NCBI GenBank assembly: GCA_028023455.1
Contig: JAQFVV010000001.1
Coordinates: forward strand, 9,982,001 to 10,046,000
DNA length: 64,000 bases
Direction of reading: 5' to 3'
Source of the DNA: Epiperipatus broadwayi
Lineage: Eukaryota > Animalia > Onychophora
The notes under the pieces are model-generated. The model did not search any database. It was not told where the DNA came from and saw only the letters and a program-made list of their open reading frames with translations. Position numbers and translations under genes: made by a program. Below are positions 1-14,530 of this stretch, one piece after another; positions within the stretch are counted from its first letter, which is position 1, and every line of letters begins with the position of its first letter.

Positions 1-1190
1 CTTTTACAATTTCATTACTTTCTACATATTTTGAATATTTATCTTAACAATGGTAAATACATTATCTCTATTGCTACATAATTTAATTTGACTGTATATA
101 ATGTTTTTTTATTATTTTAACATGTATAAACACTTATTATTTCTATCAGAAAAATCACTAAATTACTTTGTCAATTTTTCAATACATCTATTCAACTTTT
201 TATTTTAATTGTTGTTTTGTTCCTTTAACACTACTTCTTCTGACCAAAATATTTTGCTATTATAAGTAAAACAAAAACGTTTCTTGCTTTACTTTTTATC
301 TCATTACTTTCTTATTTGACAATATTCATTTAATTTATCAATTACACTTTTGAAATGTACGACTAAGCTTTTTAATGTGTCTTTTTAAATCATTTATTAT
401 TGCCATAAATTTTTTTGCTATCATTGCCTTTAACTTTCATATCTTCGACTATTAAAATGATATCTCTTCTATGTGACTTTCATTAATTGTGCAAAAATGT
501 TATTTCAAATTCTAATCTAAAATAATACCCAATGCAATAATAGTTTACATTGATAAATTATTTATGTTTATAAACAATAATTTTATTGTTCAGGTTGTTA
601 TCTTGCAAATATTTATCAGCATGTATTTTTCTTAATATTTAATGCTAATCGATATTCTGCTTCAAACTAAATTACCATTTCTTATCAATCATAGCATTAA
701 AAACTTTCATTAACATTATAACTGTTTTGGATTTACTTTAAATTCTTTCAGATTTGATATGGCTTCTGATTTCTCATTTATCTGCTTCACCAAACAAAAT
801 CCATTTCCATCAAGCACATCCTATCGCACACAAAATTTCTACTTATATATTTTATTTTTACTACTAAAATATACTTCCTCACTTTAGTATGTTTTTAACA
901 AATGATGTGAAAGCTAAAAATTTAAATTCAATCTGCCCTTTCTTGTTCTCTAATGTCACAAAACAAATTTCACACACTAAACCATTTGATAAACTGATAT
1001 GATACATGATAATTTAGAGTAATTTATATATACACCAGAAGCGTTAGCTGACATTTATATATGTGTAGATATATATCATCAATATAAAAATACCATCATC
1101 AGTAATAACATAAGGAGTTCCCAATACAGTTATATATTAACTATTTTACAAAATTGATCCTGAAAATAACTATGAATATATATATATATA

Positions 1191-1428
1191 TATATGTAAT
1201 ATACAAATCAATATATATATATCAAAATACAGTACAATTTACATAAATTATATTCTTTTAAAAGTACTTTCGACTATACACTTTATAGTCTTTATCAACT
1301 ATATAACATTGATTATATAGTTGATAAAGACTACAAAGTGTATAGTCAAAAGTACTTCTAAAAGAATATAATTTATGTAAATTGTACTGTATTTTGATAT
1401 ATATATATTGATTTGTATATTACATATA
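1191..1428. mobile_element. Fold-back element, family F (~115-bp arms, 6-nt loop), one hammerhead motif per arm
   Basis: 1191-1306 is the reverse complement of 1313-1428 (3 visible mismatches), loop CATTGA; left end abuts (TA)n. Confidence 0.85.
1257..1304 (-). ncRNA. Minimal type I hammerhead-like motif, U3-A8 core variant (family F)
   Basis: Minus strand reads TAG TTGATAA A GACTATA aagtg TATAGTC GAAA GTAC TT. The + arm copy (1315-1362) has GAAA>AAAA at a CpG. Confidence 0.65.
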
Positions 1429-1477
1429 TTGTGAAACAAATACAGATTTCAAACTTTATTTATTACATATATATATA

Positions 1478-1851
1478 TATGATCACTAGATAGAGCTTTA
1501 CCAATATCCCACTAGCAAGCTTTGTTTACATAAACGTTGAGAGAGATAGAATTCAATATCTCTTTCAAATTGTCTCCAACCTTTAAACCGTAGTTTTGAG
1601 ATAGTTGGCTCACATCAGTAAAGGGTAGGAAGACTAGTTTCTGGTCTTCCTACCCTTTACTGACGTAAGCCAACTAGCTTGAAAACATGGTTTAAAGGTT
1701 GGAGACAATTTGAAAGAGATATTGAATTCTATATCTCTCAGAATTTATGTAAACAAAGCTTGATATTGGGCTATTGGTAAAGCTCCATCTAGTGATCATA
1801 AAATGCAAGCTATAAGCAAGTTATGAAATTTATAAGTTGTTTTGTTTGTAT
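1478..1851. mobile_element. Family A fold-back copy (arms ~157 bp, loop 1635-1643) plus sense tail
   Basis: TATGATCACTAGA...TCTAGTGATCATA inverted repeat 1478-1800; homologous to 20906-21493, 43954-44962 and 62101-62647; begins at (TA)n. Confidence 0.85.
1654..1698 (+). ncRNA. Decayed hammerhead motif (family A)
   Basis: CCTTTA CTGACGT AAGC caacta GCTT GAAA ACATGGT T TAAAGG; helices I and II pair, A9 replaced by T. Confidence 0.6.
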
Positions 1852-2458
1852 GTTGAAGATAAATATTAAACATAAAAACTAATAATTAACAGCATGCTAT
1901 TAATTAAAACCTCAGTAAACAATGGGTTAAGCTATATAAAATGCTAAGTAATAACAGAAGTAGTATTCTAAGAATGAATATTTTCTTTTTTAGTTTGAAA
2001 CCTCAGTTGATAAAGGGTTAAATGATATAACATTAAGTAATAGCAAATTAATTTTAAACCTCCTAAATAAACTTTTATTTTAGTGTGGTGTGTGTGAGTT
2101 TATTTACATTTTTTCTCAAACAAATATTTTATACTAAACTAAAGAAGAGGAAAAAGATTTTTGTTAACTGATGGTAAAAATCAATTTTGAAAAAAGAGAG
2201 AAAATAGTTTTATTAAAGTTAATCAAATAGAAGTTTTAACTATTTCAAATTGAATAAGTTTATAATATTAAAAAGGTAAATAATAATAATATTTGATGAA
2301 TTTCTCTGTCTCTCTTTCCAATCACAATGAATCATATTTTTTTCTATGTGTTTATCAAATAACAGACTTTAATCATAAATGTAAAGGGATTTCTTTGATT
2401 AATTAATCTGCTTATTTATAAACACATTATGGAGCTATAATGAAAATAATTAAGTATG

Positions 2459-2497
<39 letters not shown>

Positions 2498-4283
2498 CAT
2501 ATTATATATATATATATATATATAATCTGTCATAAGCTTAGGAGTCAGTCCAGTTTACAGTTTGGAGAAAATATAAGTATAGTCTCATATATTTTATTGT
2601 GAAAACCAGTGGAACACATATGTATATACACTAGGAAGTGAAAAATAAAAAGTGTGCAGTATAAATTAATTATGAAATGGTTTTGTATGGATATACAATA
2701 AATATTAAACCCATGGTTTGCTGAGAAATTTAAGCAGTTCATGCTTCAACTATACAGGATTCTGTTGAACTAAATAACCTGATGTGGAAAGAAATACTTA
2801 ATTGCTTTCATTCAACCTCTATCATATATAAATATTCAAACATGCTATGCCAAGAAATAAGAAATTGAAAATAACCAACTAATGACAGACTAACTTTGCA
2901 GAATTCATATTTCTTTAAAAAAATAAAAGAAAATCTACATGGTTAAATTTGTGTGACCTACATAGGAATAAAGAGTAAATGAAGAACTCAATATTAAATT
3001 GTGAATAAATGAGAAAAATATATTACAACTCCATGAAATAAATGAAAATAAAAGTTATCACTAGATATATTATATATGGACAAAGTGTTAATTTTTTTAT
3101 ATGAATAACTACATTTTTTTCTGGCAAAGGACAGATAATGTAATTTTAACTACAGCCTAAAATATGATGTAAGTCATTATAAAAAGAACTTTTTGTGAAT
3201 ACAAATATACAACTTTAAAATTTTTAATTATCTAAGAAAATGAATTCACGATTTTTAAGTTTTTTTTATTAGCATCATTGATATCACATAATAATAGATT
3301 AATAATATATTATTTGGGATGGTTTGGAAATTTTTTATTTAAAAAATGTACCAAGATTTAAATAAATCACAAATTAATATATTAGATGAGTAAAAAAAAA
3401 TATAGATGTAAATGAAAATGACAATGCAGATTAAAATTGCACATTTTTTTTGTGGGTGTTTTAGTCAATAAAATATTTTAATATTTAAATCTAGTAAATA
3501 AAGCCATGCAGTATTAGAACACAAATCTGTTGTTTATATAAAAAAGCAAAGTACCTTTGAAAATCATACAGATTCATAAGTATTGATCTACATCAATTTG
3601 ACAATATTTTTAACTATAAATAAAATTTGCTTCAAATAAATCATGCATTAAAACACTAAAGTATATAATATATTTTCTTACTTGTAAATATTCATTTGCA
3701 TATTGAAAACAAACCAGGAGTTTATATTATCAAGTATATTTTTATATGAGATTGTATTTTATGTCTCATATTTTTACTGACATTAAACAGAGCCTACCAA
3801 CATGTCTCAAGTGTTGAATATGCCATTAACCTATTCATATGAGCATATAAACATGTTATTTATCATACATTAATATATATAATTACATTTTAATACTCTG
3901 TCATTATAACTATTAATGCAAAAAATACTAAAACAGAGTTTAAATATTAAAAATTTACTAGATTTATTGTACCAAGTATACTTTTTACACATTCACATCA
4001 TATTTGTGGTCAGTCTGCTGAGAACATTAAATTTCTGCTGATCCAAGTGCTATTTTATTTTTGATTCATTATGTATTTATTTTGTATAATGGACTATGTT
4101 TCTTTCATTTCATGTTTGTGATCATTTCTATCTTGACACATAATTTAACAACACTTGAATCACAACTATGGCTATGTTCTTCTTCATGATTATGAAAAAC
4201 TGATGAATTAACAACTTTGGCTTTTATTTTGGATTTTTTTATACATTAATGAATATTGGATCACTCTAGTTCTAAGATTTATC

Positions 4284-4388
4284 CTGGTCTCATTATATAT
4301 ATATATATATATATATATATTAGTTTTGTTACCAGGATGGTCTCATTATATATATATATATATATATATATATTAGTTTTGTTACCTG
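4284..4388. repeat. Tandem duplication of a short unit containing a (TA)n tract
   Basis: TGGTCTCATTA(TA)nTTAGTTTTGTTACC occurs twice in tandem. Confidence 0.8.
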
Positions 4389-4441
4389 ATACGTAACTGT
4401 CTGTAATATTTTAGCACTTAAATTCTAGAAACAGACATTTT

Positions 4442-4483
4442 GCTTTCTGATGAAAACCAGTCTGCTGGTTGAAATATTAAAGT
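4442..4483 (+). ncRNA. Minimal type I hammerhead motif (family C)
   Basis: GCTTT CTGATGA A AACCAG tctg CTGGTT GAAA TA TT AAAGT; the same motif recurs twice at 55640-55742. Confidence 0.7.
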
Positions 4484-4506
4484 AGTTTCATATAGAAGCA
4501 ATTCTG

Positions 4507-4608
<102 letters not shown>

Positions 4609-4609
4609 G

Positions 4610-5560
4610 CAGTCTTTTTGGATGCAGTTTACAGAATAGACCACATTGGGTTGATCTAATGTAGAATCATGTCTTTTGTATTGTTAATAATTAATCACAT
4701 GTTTAGAGATTTGAACATAAATTCAGGATTGAATTGGAAAGTCAAACTGCAAAAAAATAATCAAATTTAATATCTGGATTTAAAATTAAAGTGAACATAT
4801 AATGCTCTCCAATATAAAATGATTACAACCACTCCCCATATAAAAAGATACATAGATGTAAAATCAAAGGTATCTACATCTCAGAAATTTGCAGGGTTAA
4901 AAAAACTTTTTATATTGCATTATTATCAGCATCAATATAAATTATATAGAAATGAAACATCTGGCATTAGGTGGCTGACTTTATAAAATCAGGTTAATAC
5001 AGGATGTACATACACAGATATATAGAGCAATTTAAAAACAAAATAATTACTAAAATAGTCGATCATAGAAATAATAAAAGCTGAATTGCTCTACCATATT
5101 TATCATGTATGGGTAATAAAATAGCACAAAATTGCTCAGACAAATTTAATGTTGGATTGAGAACCCATATAAGTTTAAACAAGATTAACAATGCAAAAAA
5201 ACAAAATTCTAGCATTGCATCAACTCGATGTTGTCTATGCTGTAAATTGCAGCCAAAAAAACTGTCCTTATGTATATTATGATAAAACCAGGGCAAATCT
5301 TAGAACTAGAATGATGCAACATTTATTATTGAATACAAAATCTACGATAAAATCCAAGACTGTTAATTCATCAGACTTCCATAATTATAAAAGATAACAT
5401 GGTTATAATTGTGACTGTGTGTTGCTAAAATTATATATGAAGAAAGAAATTATCACAAATGTAAAGAAGAGTGATTCATTACACTACATAAAATGAATAC
5501 TAATGAACCAAAAAAAATCAAATAGCATTCTAATTAGTAAAAAATTGATGTTTTCAGCAG
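4610..5560 (+). mobile_element. Decayed 5'-truncated Penelope-like element (RT C-terminus plus GIY-YIG endonuclease)
   Basis: ORF 5191-5397 VVYAVNCSQKNCPYVYYDKTRANLRTRMMQH fits the PLE GIY-YIG pattern; upstream LNINSGLNWK..NNQI*YLDLKL resembles the PLE RT C-terminal region; many stops and frameshifts. Confidence 0.75.
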
Positions 5561-6699
5561 ACCAACCATAAATATGATATGAAAGTAGTGAAAGTATAGA
5601 TACAATAAATTTAACTAAATTTTTAATATTTAAATTCTGTTTTTGAAACCGAAAAGCCCATATCCCAGATTGTAACAGTCTAAATTTATGATACAACACA
5701 AAGCTATTACCATACAATCCAATCACAGCCAGAGTACACTGCAGGTACATCAAGTTACCTAAATAAACTGTATTGTTATTTTAATTAACTATAATTCTCC
5801 TTAATTACTGAATTTCAAATGGCATTTCCAAATCTTAATTTATGATTTACAACTATTCTTTTGGTGACTGTTTCTTAAAACCACACTATGACCTTAATTG
5901 ACAATTTTATTTGTTTAGGACCCAATGGCCGACCATAGACAAGATGGCATAATCTCTGAAACTGTCAGTCATTATGTGATGAATAGGGTCCATCAAATCA
6001 GATTGTGATAATTATATTTTGCTTCATAACATCATAAATGATAACTCATCATATACCAAGGTTTAAAGCATAGAAATGCTATATAAAATAAATACTTTGC
6101 AATGGAAGATAAACAATCTGAATTTTAAGTTATTTCTTCATTAACTCAAACATTAAATTAAATCAATAGCAATGAAACACTTAGGGATAAATAAGGTATC
6201 TGTTATAATTTTAGAAAATAGGTTCAATTGTTCTATTGGCAAACAAATTTATTATTAATTTAGGTATAATGTCACGAATATCAATAAAAGTAACAGATTC
6301 TGAATATATTCCACAATTGAAAAATCAAAGCAGAAGTGATGAGGAAGGTAAATGGGATTTTATTACATCTTATATCTCACAAAATGCCCAAGAATAAACA
6401 TTAAAATGCTCTGTGGATGCTCCAGTAAACTTTGTATACATCATCATCAGGAACAAGGTGTGCTCTAATATTTATGGTCTATTTACTATGTTGGATTTAT
6501 GACTCTATATGTGACTAATAGCAATGATACAAATAACGATAGATAATATAAAATAACATTACATATAATTGTTCTACATGGACAATGTACATTAATTGCA
6601 TAAGTAAATAAACAAAATAAAATACTATCACATATACTTATTTCTGTGCATGGATATGTGCACAAGTTTTAGATAAAACAATCTAAACATTTATTACAA

Positions 6700-7600
6700 A
6701 TGTATTGATTTTTATTCTTATGTGGACAAGACAGTCTCAAATTCAGACAATGGCACCTCCAATATGTCACAACCAGAACCAATGCACTTATACCAAAATT
6801 ATAATAACAATGATAATAATTGGAATTGATAAACCTATGAAATTTGACTATAATGAAATATGAAATCAAAAGAAAATTTAAACTCCAACTCAGCTGAGTT
6901 AGGATACCATATAATTTACCTATAATAAATTGTGGCCATAATTCAGTTAAGGTCATTTTATGGCTAATAACAGAACTCATACAACAAATATTAAGAGGAG
7001 TGAAACAATGTAAGTATTATAAACTATGGAGAATCTACTTAAACATACATTTGTATAATGAGGGTCAGAAATATACCTGTGGGAGTATCCATCTGTCCAA
7101 GGAATAATGAGCAATAAGTACCATGTGAGTTCTTTAAACCATCATCAGAGTAACTAACATAATTGCAGAATGTACAGTGGATTAACCACCAGCACTGAAA
7201 CAAACTTAAAGAATATACAAAAATAATGGTAATGATTGTTCTGCAGATTAACTCTCAACACAGAACAATATGAAGAATAAGTTCAAATGGCAAACAATCA
7301 TCTTGTGGATTGGACCACCAACACAGTATGATATATACAAAATTGCATATAATTATCCTATAACATTAATATAATATGAACACTTACTTCCAGATAAAAG
7401 AAATAAATCTCCCTCATTAATCTACCAAATTGGAAGGCATGTGCTGTTTTATAAGCATGATTCAAGTCCAGAAGATGTGATTAAAAACTCTATTATAGGA
7501 AACTACTGAGATAAAGGCTGACCATAGACCAAATAGTATAAAAATATCTAATATTACAACATGATTATAAGCACAGAACCCTAGAATGATGTACCACATT
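6700..7600 (+). pseudogene. Possible highly decayed Gypsy-type integrase
   Basis: Fragments SDNG (~6745), HHQSN...AECTV..LKQT (~7140-7210) and YQIGRHVL (~7420) in shifting frames; weak. Confidence 0.3.
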
Positions 7601-7713
7601 AAGTCATGTGTAATGATACATTATAGATTTATTGAACTAATCATGAAACTCTTCGCAAGCACTGTTCACCATCAGTCCCTACACCTGATTTAACAAGTAA
7701 TTATTTTATGCAC

Positions 7714-7746
<33 letters not shown>

Positions 7747-10700
7747 GAGTTCACAGTATATATATATATATATATATATATATACTGTGAACTCTACATA
7801 TTTATAATATAAAATACAATAAAACATAAAATGCATGTTTATTAAATTACTATACTTGGTTCAAATGCATGTTTATTAGCCAATCAATTAATAGTACACT
7901 TCTTAAACTTAATGACAAATATGATTCAAATAAATATTTCTCCTTTTTTTAAACAACATAGAAACTTAAAAGTTGATTATATGCTTCCTCATCTCTATAA
8001 GGAATATTTATAAATAAGTTGCTCTACATGTAGGTTCTCTGAGAATCCATGATATTTGAGAGTGGGGATATGTATTTTAATCAAAGTTTCCTCAAAAATT
8101 AATGAAATTGCATGGCTCTGTTTTGGCGGTTACTCAGGAATTGAAATGCTTTACTGCCTTTAATTTATGAATGTCGAAGACAAAGAATAATTGCTAAAGC
8201 AAATAATTGTCTCTTAGAGTGCTATAACAGCTAAAATATTTTCCTGAGCAGCTACTATTTCTTTGAACACTATTGTAATTTCAAAAAGATAACTCAACCT
8301 GTCATGTGTAATATAAGTTGAGATGAAAACTATAATTAATTTTTCCTTGTCCGCACAATAGCACATGAAGCATTAAAACAAAATTGCATCCTGCACATAT
8401 ATAATGCTAGAAGTGTCAAAGTCATGCAAATAAACATTATATCCCAAATTAAATACAGCTCTCCATTCTGCACATATGTAACACTTCCATATGTGTTAAA
8501 GTTCATGAAAGCAAAATTATCTAAAGTTAAATACAGTACTTTATTTTGCATTTTGACAACACTATTATGGGTGTTAAAGTTATGAATAAAAACTTTATTT
8601 GAGGTTAAATCATAGGTTGTAAACAATAAGAAATTTCAAATAAACTGACCTATTAGAGCTGCCGTTCCTGTTATAGCAGTTAACAATAATTCCTGAGTAT
8701 TTCATGGGAGATTATCAGCAGTTAGATCTACAGTTGGTGGGCCCAAAACATATTTGTTAAGATTTAGCTATGCATTTTGCTATTCATACTTAATAATATT
8801 ACAACTTAAATTATTTAAGAGAAGTTTTAATTTAACTTCCTTCTTTATCTTTACAAACTTTTTTTAAAGAGAAGTTTTCATTTTCTTAATATGTTTAAAA
8901 GTAAAAGAAAATAAAAATACATTTTTATTATATACTTGCTGTCATTACAGCAGCTCTCAAAAAAAAACCTCTCTGGCAGTTCTATTTTTTTCTTAGCTAA
9001 TTAAATTTCTTCTCATTTGCATATCTGTTTTTAAAAAATGAAAATGAAAAAAAAAACATGTTCATCTTATCTTATCCTATAAATTAATTTAAAAGAAATT
9101 AAATAAATCCTTCAATTAAACTAAAATAATCTTTGGGATTATTTAAAGAGAAAAACAAATAATAATTATTAGTTTTTTATTTATCTCACTATACTTGACG
9201 TAATGTGATGCTGGTTTTCAGCTTTAGGTTAAGCACAGTTTATCTGACTTAGTATTGGAAACAGAGCAAAACTAATATATGAATGAAAGAGAAGACAAAT
9301 AAAATATAAAAAAGTATACAATAATAAAAGGAAAAATGGAATTATATAATTTCACTGTTCAATAAATTTGAACACAAGGGAGAAGCATAGTAAATACCTG
9401 CCATAATAATCAAGTCACCTGGAAGAAGATAGAGAAATTCTTAAACTGGTTTTAAAAGCTATATTTTTGTACTAAAATATAAGGTTACAGTTTATTATTA
9501 TATATATAATATGATCAGGTACTTTTGTTATTTCATGAACATTATTTTAAATATTTAATTAGACTCAAAAAAATAATAATATTTAAAAAATCCAGAATTT
9601 AAAATAAGTTAATAAATTAAGGTATTATTAATATTTAATACTTAAAGTAAGGGAAAGTATATGCAAATTTGGAAAATAAAGGATTAAAGGATATGTTTAT
9701 TTATATCAAAATTCAATAAATGATTGATTTAGACTGAATACACAACACATACACATTATCAAGTGAATAAAAATGTATATACATGAATGTATCTTATAAT
9801 TCAGTGCTTGGCGAATAAAAATATATAAACCAAAACAATATTGCAAAAAAATATTAATGAGGAATGTAAAAGATAATAAAATTAATGATATTTTTTTTTA
9901 CAAATAAATTATTTTAAGTTAACAACATAATATATTTATATTTAAATTTTATTATATTTTTATATATTTTAATGCGTTTTTCTTTATAGTCAAACATGGG
10001 TAAACAATTGTTTTTTTCATGATCTACTTTGGAATGACCTAAACAAAGGATAATATACATATATCTTTTTTAAAACCTTTTTAGTTGGAGACACTTTAAG
10101 AACGTAGGATTTAATTATTTCAGATTGGCTTGAAAATTGCTTTTATTTTTAGAAAGAATGCTAATCTCACACATCATCTCCTAGTAAGATAAATCTCTGA
10201 AATTAATATCTGAAGCTTGAGAGATAATCATTCAGACCCCACAGGTGATTTAAAATTAAGTAATTTAAAATTTTATTCTTGATTATTAGTTGCTGATGAT
10301 TTTTATTTAAAAAATCCCTTTGTTAAATTTTTACTAACACGCATATATATATATATATATATATATCAATTGTAATTTATTAATATAGCAATTAAAAATA
10401 TTTAAATCATTGTGTTGTGTTAAGCATTTATTTCTTTTTTCCTATGTAGTAAATTTTGTCAAGTAATTGAGTTTATAATTAATTAATATATAAACAAATG
10501 AGAAATTTAAAATGGATACGAAACAAATGTCTTACTTTTAATTTTAATGAATATAATAATTAAGTTAAAATGAATTTAGAATAAAATAAGAGCTTGAATA
10601 TGTCCAGCATCAAAGCTAATGTCAATAATAGTAAATTAAATATTTTCATAATTTAAATTTCTAAGTACAGAACCCTATTTAATTAATTTACAGAATTATC

Positions 10701-11184
10701 TGAATAATTTCCAAATTACATGTTATTATTTTCTTTTATGCACTTACTAATGCAATGGCTATTTCAAAATGATTTCTCAGAGGTTAGCAATATTTATTTA
10801 TATAAACCATTATTAATAAAACACTTCAACAAGCCAATCTTCAGAAATGCTGTTTAACGCTAAACTGAAATTAATATCCAAATATTAAATCAGACCGGAT
10901 AGTACAGAAATTCAGTAATCGCCCTCTGTGAAATAAATATATAAATACATTAGTGTCGTATTTCAAAATAGCCAATCTCATACGGTTTCTAATATATTTA
11001 TTTCACAGACGGTAATGCTGAATTTCTGTACAATGTGATAGATTACAATTTATGGATAATAAGAAAATATCCACAATTGTATTCAATTGGGTTGTGAGTA
11101 AAAAACAGGAAACAAGATGAGTGAGAAAGATAATATGGTATGCAAAAAATTTGGATAAAGAATTTATTTCAGTATACTTATACA

Positions 11185-11840
11185 AAAAGTGGGGTGATTG
11201 TGTTAAGAGAATTACGGGTGTTATAGTAGCAAGGAATGGGATAGAAGAATAGATGCATTAATAAAAAATAGGGAGATGGAGAACCATATGAAGAGTATAA
11301 AGAGTTTAAATATAAATAGAAGTAAACATAATATTGGATGTGAGTTAATTTATGATAATAGCAAGAAAAGTAGTTTACTGTTTAAGACTCGATCAGGATC
11401 TTTAGCAACAAGGGAATATACGCCCATAAGTTGAAAAATATAGGTGATTTAGTCTCCAAGTTATATAAGGAAGGTATATAAAATATTAGGCATTTGTTAA
11501 TTGAATGTAAATGCCTAAAAGGAGAAATGGTACAAATAATAAAGTTGTGGGAGAATAAATATAAAGAAAGTGATTATACAGATAATGGGTTCTTGTTTTT
11601 TATGCTGTATTTGGGAAAAAAATAATGGGGATTTAAATATAAAAGCTATGGAGTCAACAAGGATTATGTTGTGGAAATGGTATGGAGCAATATAGAGAAG
11701 AAATATAGGAAAACTTTGAATGGAGACTGGGAAGGTAAGGTGGTTAACAGATTTCTCTGGGCATAGTAGCTAAGAAATTTCTGACTCCAAAAACGAAGAA
11801 GCCACAGTGTATAACACTGAATGTAAGTTAATATTTGGTT
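11185..11840 (+). mobile_element. 3' fragment of a non-LTR retrotransposon (copy 1)
   Basis: LFKTRSGSLATREY and NIRHLLIECKCLK (C-terminal zinc-knuckle-like); aligns with 27720-28215. Confidence 0.6.
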
Positions 11841-11865
11841 ATTATATGTGTATATCATAGATGTT

Positions 11866-12100
11866 AAACTCTCCATATAGTAGCACCACCGGTCAAGCGA
11901 AAGTAATCAATTGATGCAAGAACGTTTGTGCATAAAATCCCTATCTACTGCCTTTTCACAAACCTTCTTGAATTCATTGATTACTCTGACTTGCACTGGT
12001 GGTGCTACTATATGGAAAATTTACCCTCTGTGTAAACAGCTTATTTAAGTATAAGAAATGGTGATCATGTGATATTTAGTGGTTTAAATATGTATATATC
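11866..12100. mobile_element. Family B short fold-back (terminal part only, no hammerhead) plus sense tail
   Basis: 11866-12022 imperfect hairpin (CTCCATATAGTAGCACCAC...GTGGTGCTACTATATGGA); homologous to the ends of 17963-18735 and 56194-56724. Confidence 0.7.
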
Positions 12101-12559
12101 TTAAAAATAATAATCAGTGACTTCTTTTGATCATCTAATTTAAGATATTTTTTATTTTGTTTGTTATTTGATTAGTTTATTTTAAATATTGTTTATTTTA
12201 TTTCCATTTTTGACACCTGTTATAAAATTTAGCATCATAAATTATTGTTTATTAATGAAACTAAATCAAAATATTATATATACTTACAATGTTACAAGTA
12301 ATATACATTTTAAGTTATACCTAGTAGGAAGCCTGACTTAGAAAAATCTGAATTAAGTGAAGATGATTTACCACCATTTGATACCAACAACAAAAAGTTA
12401 AAACAATTCTAAAGGACTCCTCAGAGATTAATACAGAAGCTGCAATGGATGAAGAGGCTTACATAATGGAAAAGGTAAGTGTACCTTGTTCAAATTATAA
12501 CAGATTTATGACTAAAAAGTAGTCACATTGGGTGGACTTAATAAACAGATAGTAAGAGA

Positions 12560-13600
12560 ATGAAGTCAGATTAAGTTATCAAGAAAAAAAATATAATAAA
12601 TTTATATAATAAATAAAAACAAACATAAGGATAAAAATAAGTTCTTTAAATGTTTGAGGATTAAACTCAATAAAAAAATTATGAATTTAAAAAATGGATG
12701 AATACTATCCAGTTACAAGTAATAGAATTAAGTGAAACAAAAATATATATTAGGTCACAAATAGATCCATCAACATATCTTAATAGTCATGGATACACTG
12801 TTTTTTCCAAAGCAGCCATTTCACTCTCAGAAAGGATGTAAATTGTAATTAGTAAAAATTGTCAATCTAGATAATTTAAAATTACATATATAGATGCACA
12901 CATGTTGATAGTAACATTATATCATAAGTCTTTAACACTTAATATTATATTTGTTTATGACTTACTAGATCATAAAATAATCAATACATTAATAAGTTCT
13001 TTAAATGCCAAATGTGCATCCTCAACTGATCCCACTGGAGACATCACCATGACATAACAAATTTGTAATGAAATGGTTACACCTACTGGCTTTTCTACTT
13101 ATGACAGAAGAAGGGTTTCTGCCACAGAACTATGACTCATTTAATAATGGCAGATATTCATAAATGATTGACCTGGTATTTTACTCACCATCCCTGCACT
13201 ATATGACAAACTTATCACTGATAAACATGTTTCTCTTAAAAATGACTTTATATACAAACCATTAATAACAACCAATAAAGCATTAGAGTACTTCTGCCCA
13301 GTAATGTGACTGAACATCTATTTTCAGAAATATTACTATTTAAAATTAGATACCTTGAAATGGATCCTGTTCAAACCTGGATAACATTTGTAAATATCAT
13401 ATCTTGTACAAAAGACAGTGTAACAAGAAATCAAACAGCACCACCAAAAGTCCTGGCTCTTGCAGATGACATTAATAAGAGAATCATGAGCAGCTCTACT
13501 ACAGCAGAAGGATTCAAAAATGTAATGGCAATGAGAAGAGCACATTAAACAGCATGTGAAGCACTCAGAGAATAAGTAAATATATGATTCAATTATTTTA
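12560..13600 (+). pseudogene. Decayed LINE apurinic-like endonuclease region
   Basis: Residual ELSETK (~12725), GYTVF, GDI (GDFN-like, ~13036), MIDLVF (~13165) and TDKH (SDH-like) in the expected order. Confidence 0.45.
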
Positions 13601-14530
13601 TGTCTTACTATGATTACAATAGACCTAATTCTATTAAAAATTGTTTTATATAGAGATAAGCAGAAAGTATCCAATCAAATAATAAAAGCACAACCATTTA
13701 GATCTTTTAAAAATAATTTGTTTATTTAAAATAAACTACACAGATAATAACATTAAAATAATTAATCCTTTTCATAGTCAAAATTATATTATACAAATAT
13801 GTGAAAAGCCAAGTATTAGATATTTACTATGTTAAATATTTAAAATCGTTAATAATATACATTAAGTACTATTTTGATATTTTTATCTTTGTGAAATATT
13901 AATTCAATGGGTCATGCTTAAATAAAACAGTATTTTTATAAATTAATATATTTAATGAAGACAACTTTTTATTGACTTTTTCTTCAACTAGTTATCAGTC
14001 TTTGTAATTTTTATTTTAATAAATATAACCAAATGTTATTTTAGACTAATATTTTTAGTATTAAGAAAATAATAATTGAATACTTTATGACTTGAGAGTT
14101 TATTAGAAATTCAAGCACCAGAATTGGCTAAGCTAAGTCATAATCTATGGATCTTGAATTCCCATCTGCCATTTTACCCCCACATCTAATTATGCAAAAC
14201 AAGAATCCCTGATTAGTTCATTTCATATTACATGAGAACTTTTACCTCACAATTCTGAAGTGAAAGTTCTCACCCACTATGGAATAAACTATTCAGATAT
14301 TTAAAAAAAAATAATTTAGTGCATTGAAAGATATTTGAAAAATAGTTTTAATCATTTTGATACAGCATAAAAATACAATATATATATATATATATATATA
14401 TATAGTATTTTTATGCTGTATATATAATATATATATATATAATCAATGTAAAATTCTGAACATCATTAAACAAATTAATGAAATTACTATAAATTAAATA
14501 TTATATATTTTGTGTAAATACAGATAGAGA

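Noticed and set aside
12360-12480. Possible host exon ending AAAG/GTAAGT
   Set aside because: In-frame stops, and it lies directly upstream of a LINE endonuclease relic, so it is more likely decayed ORF1.
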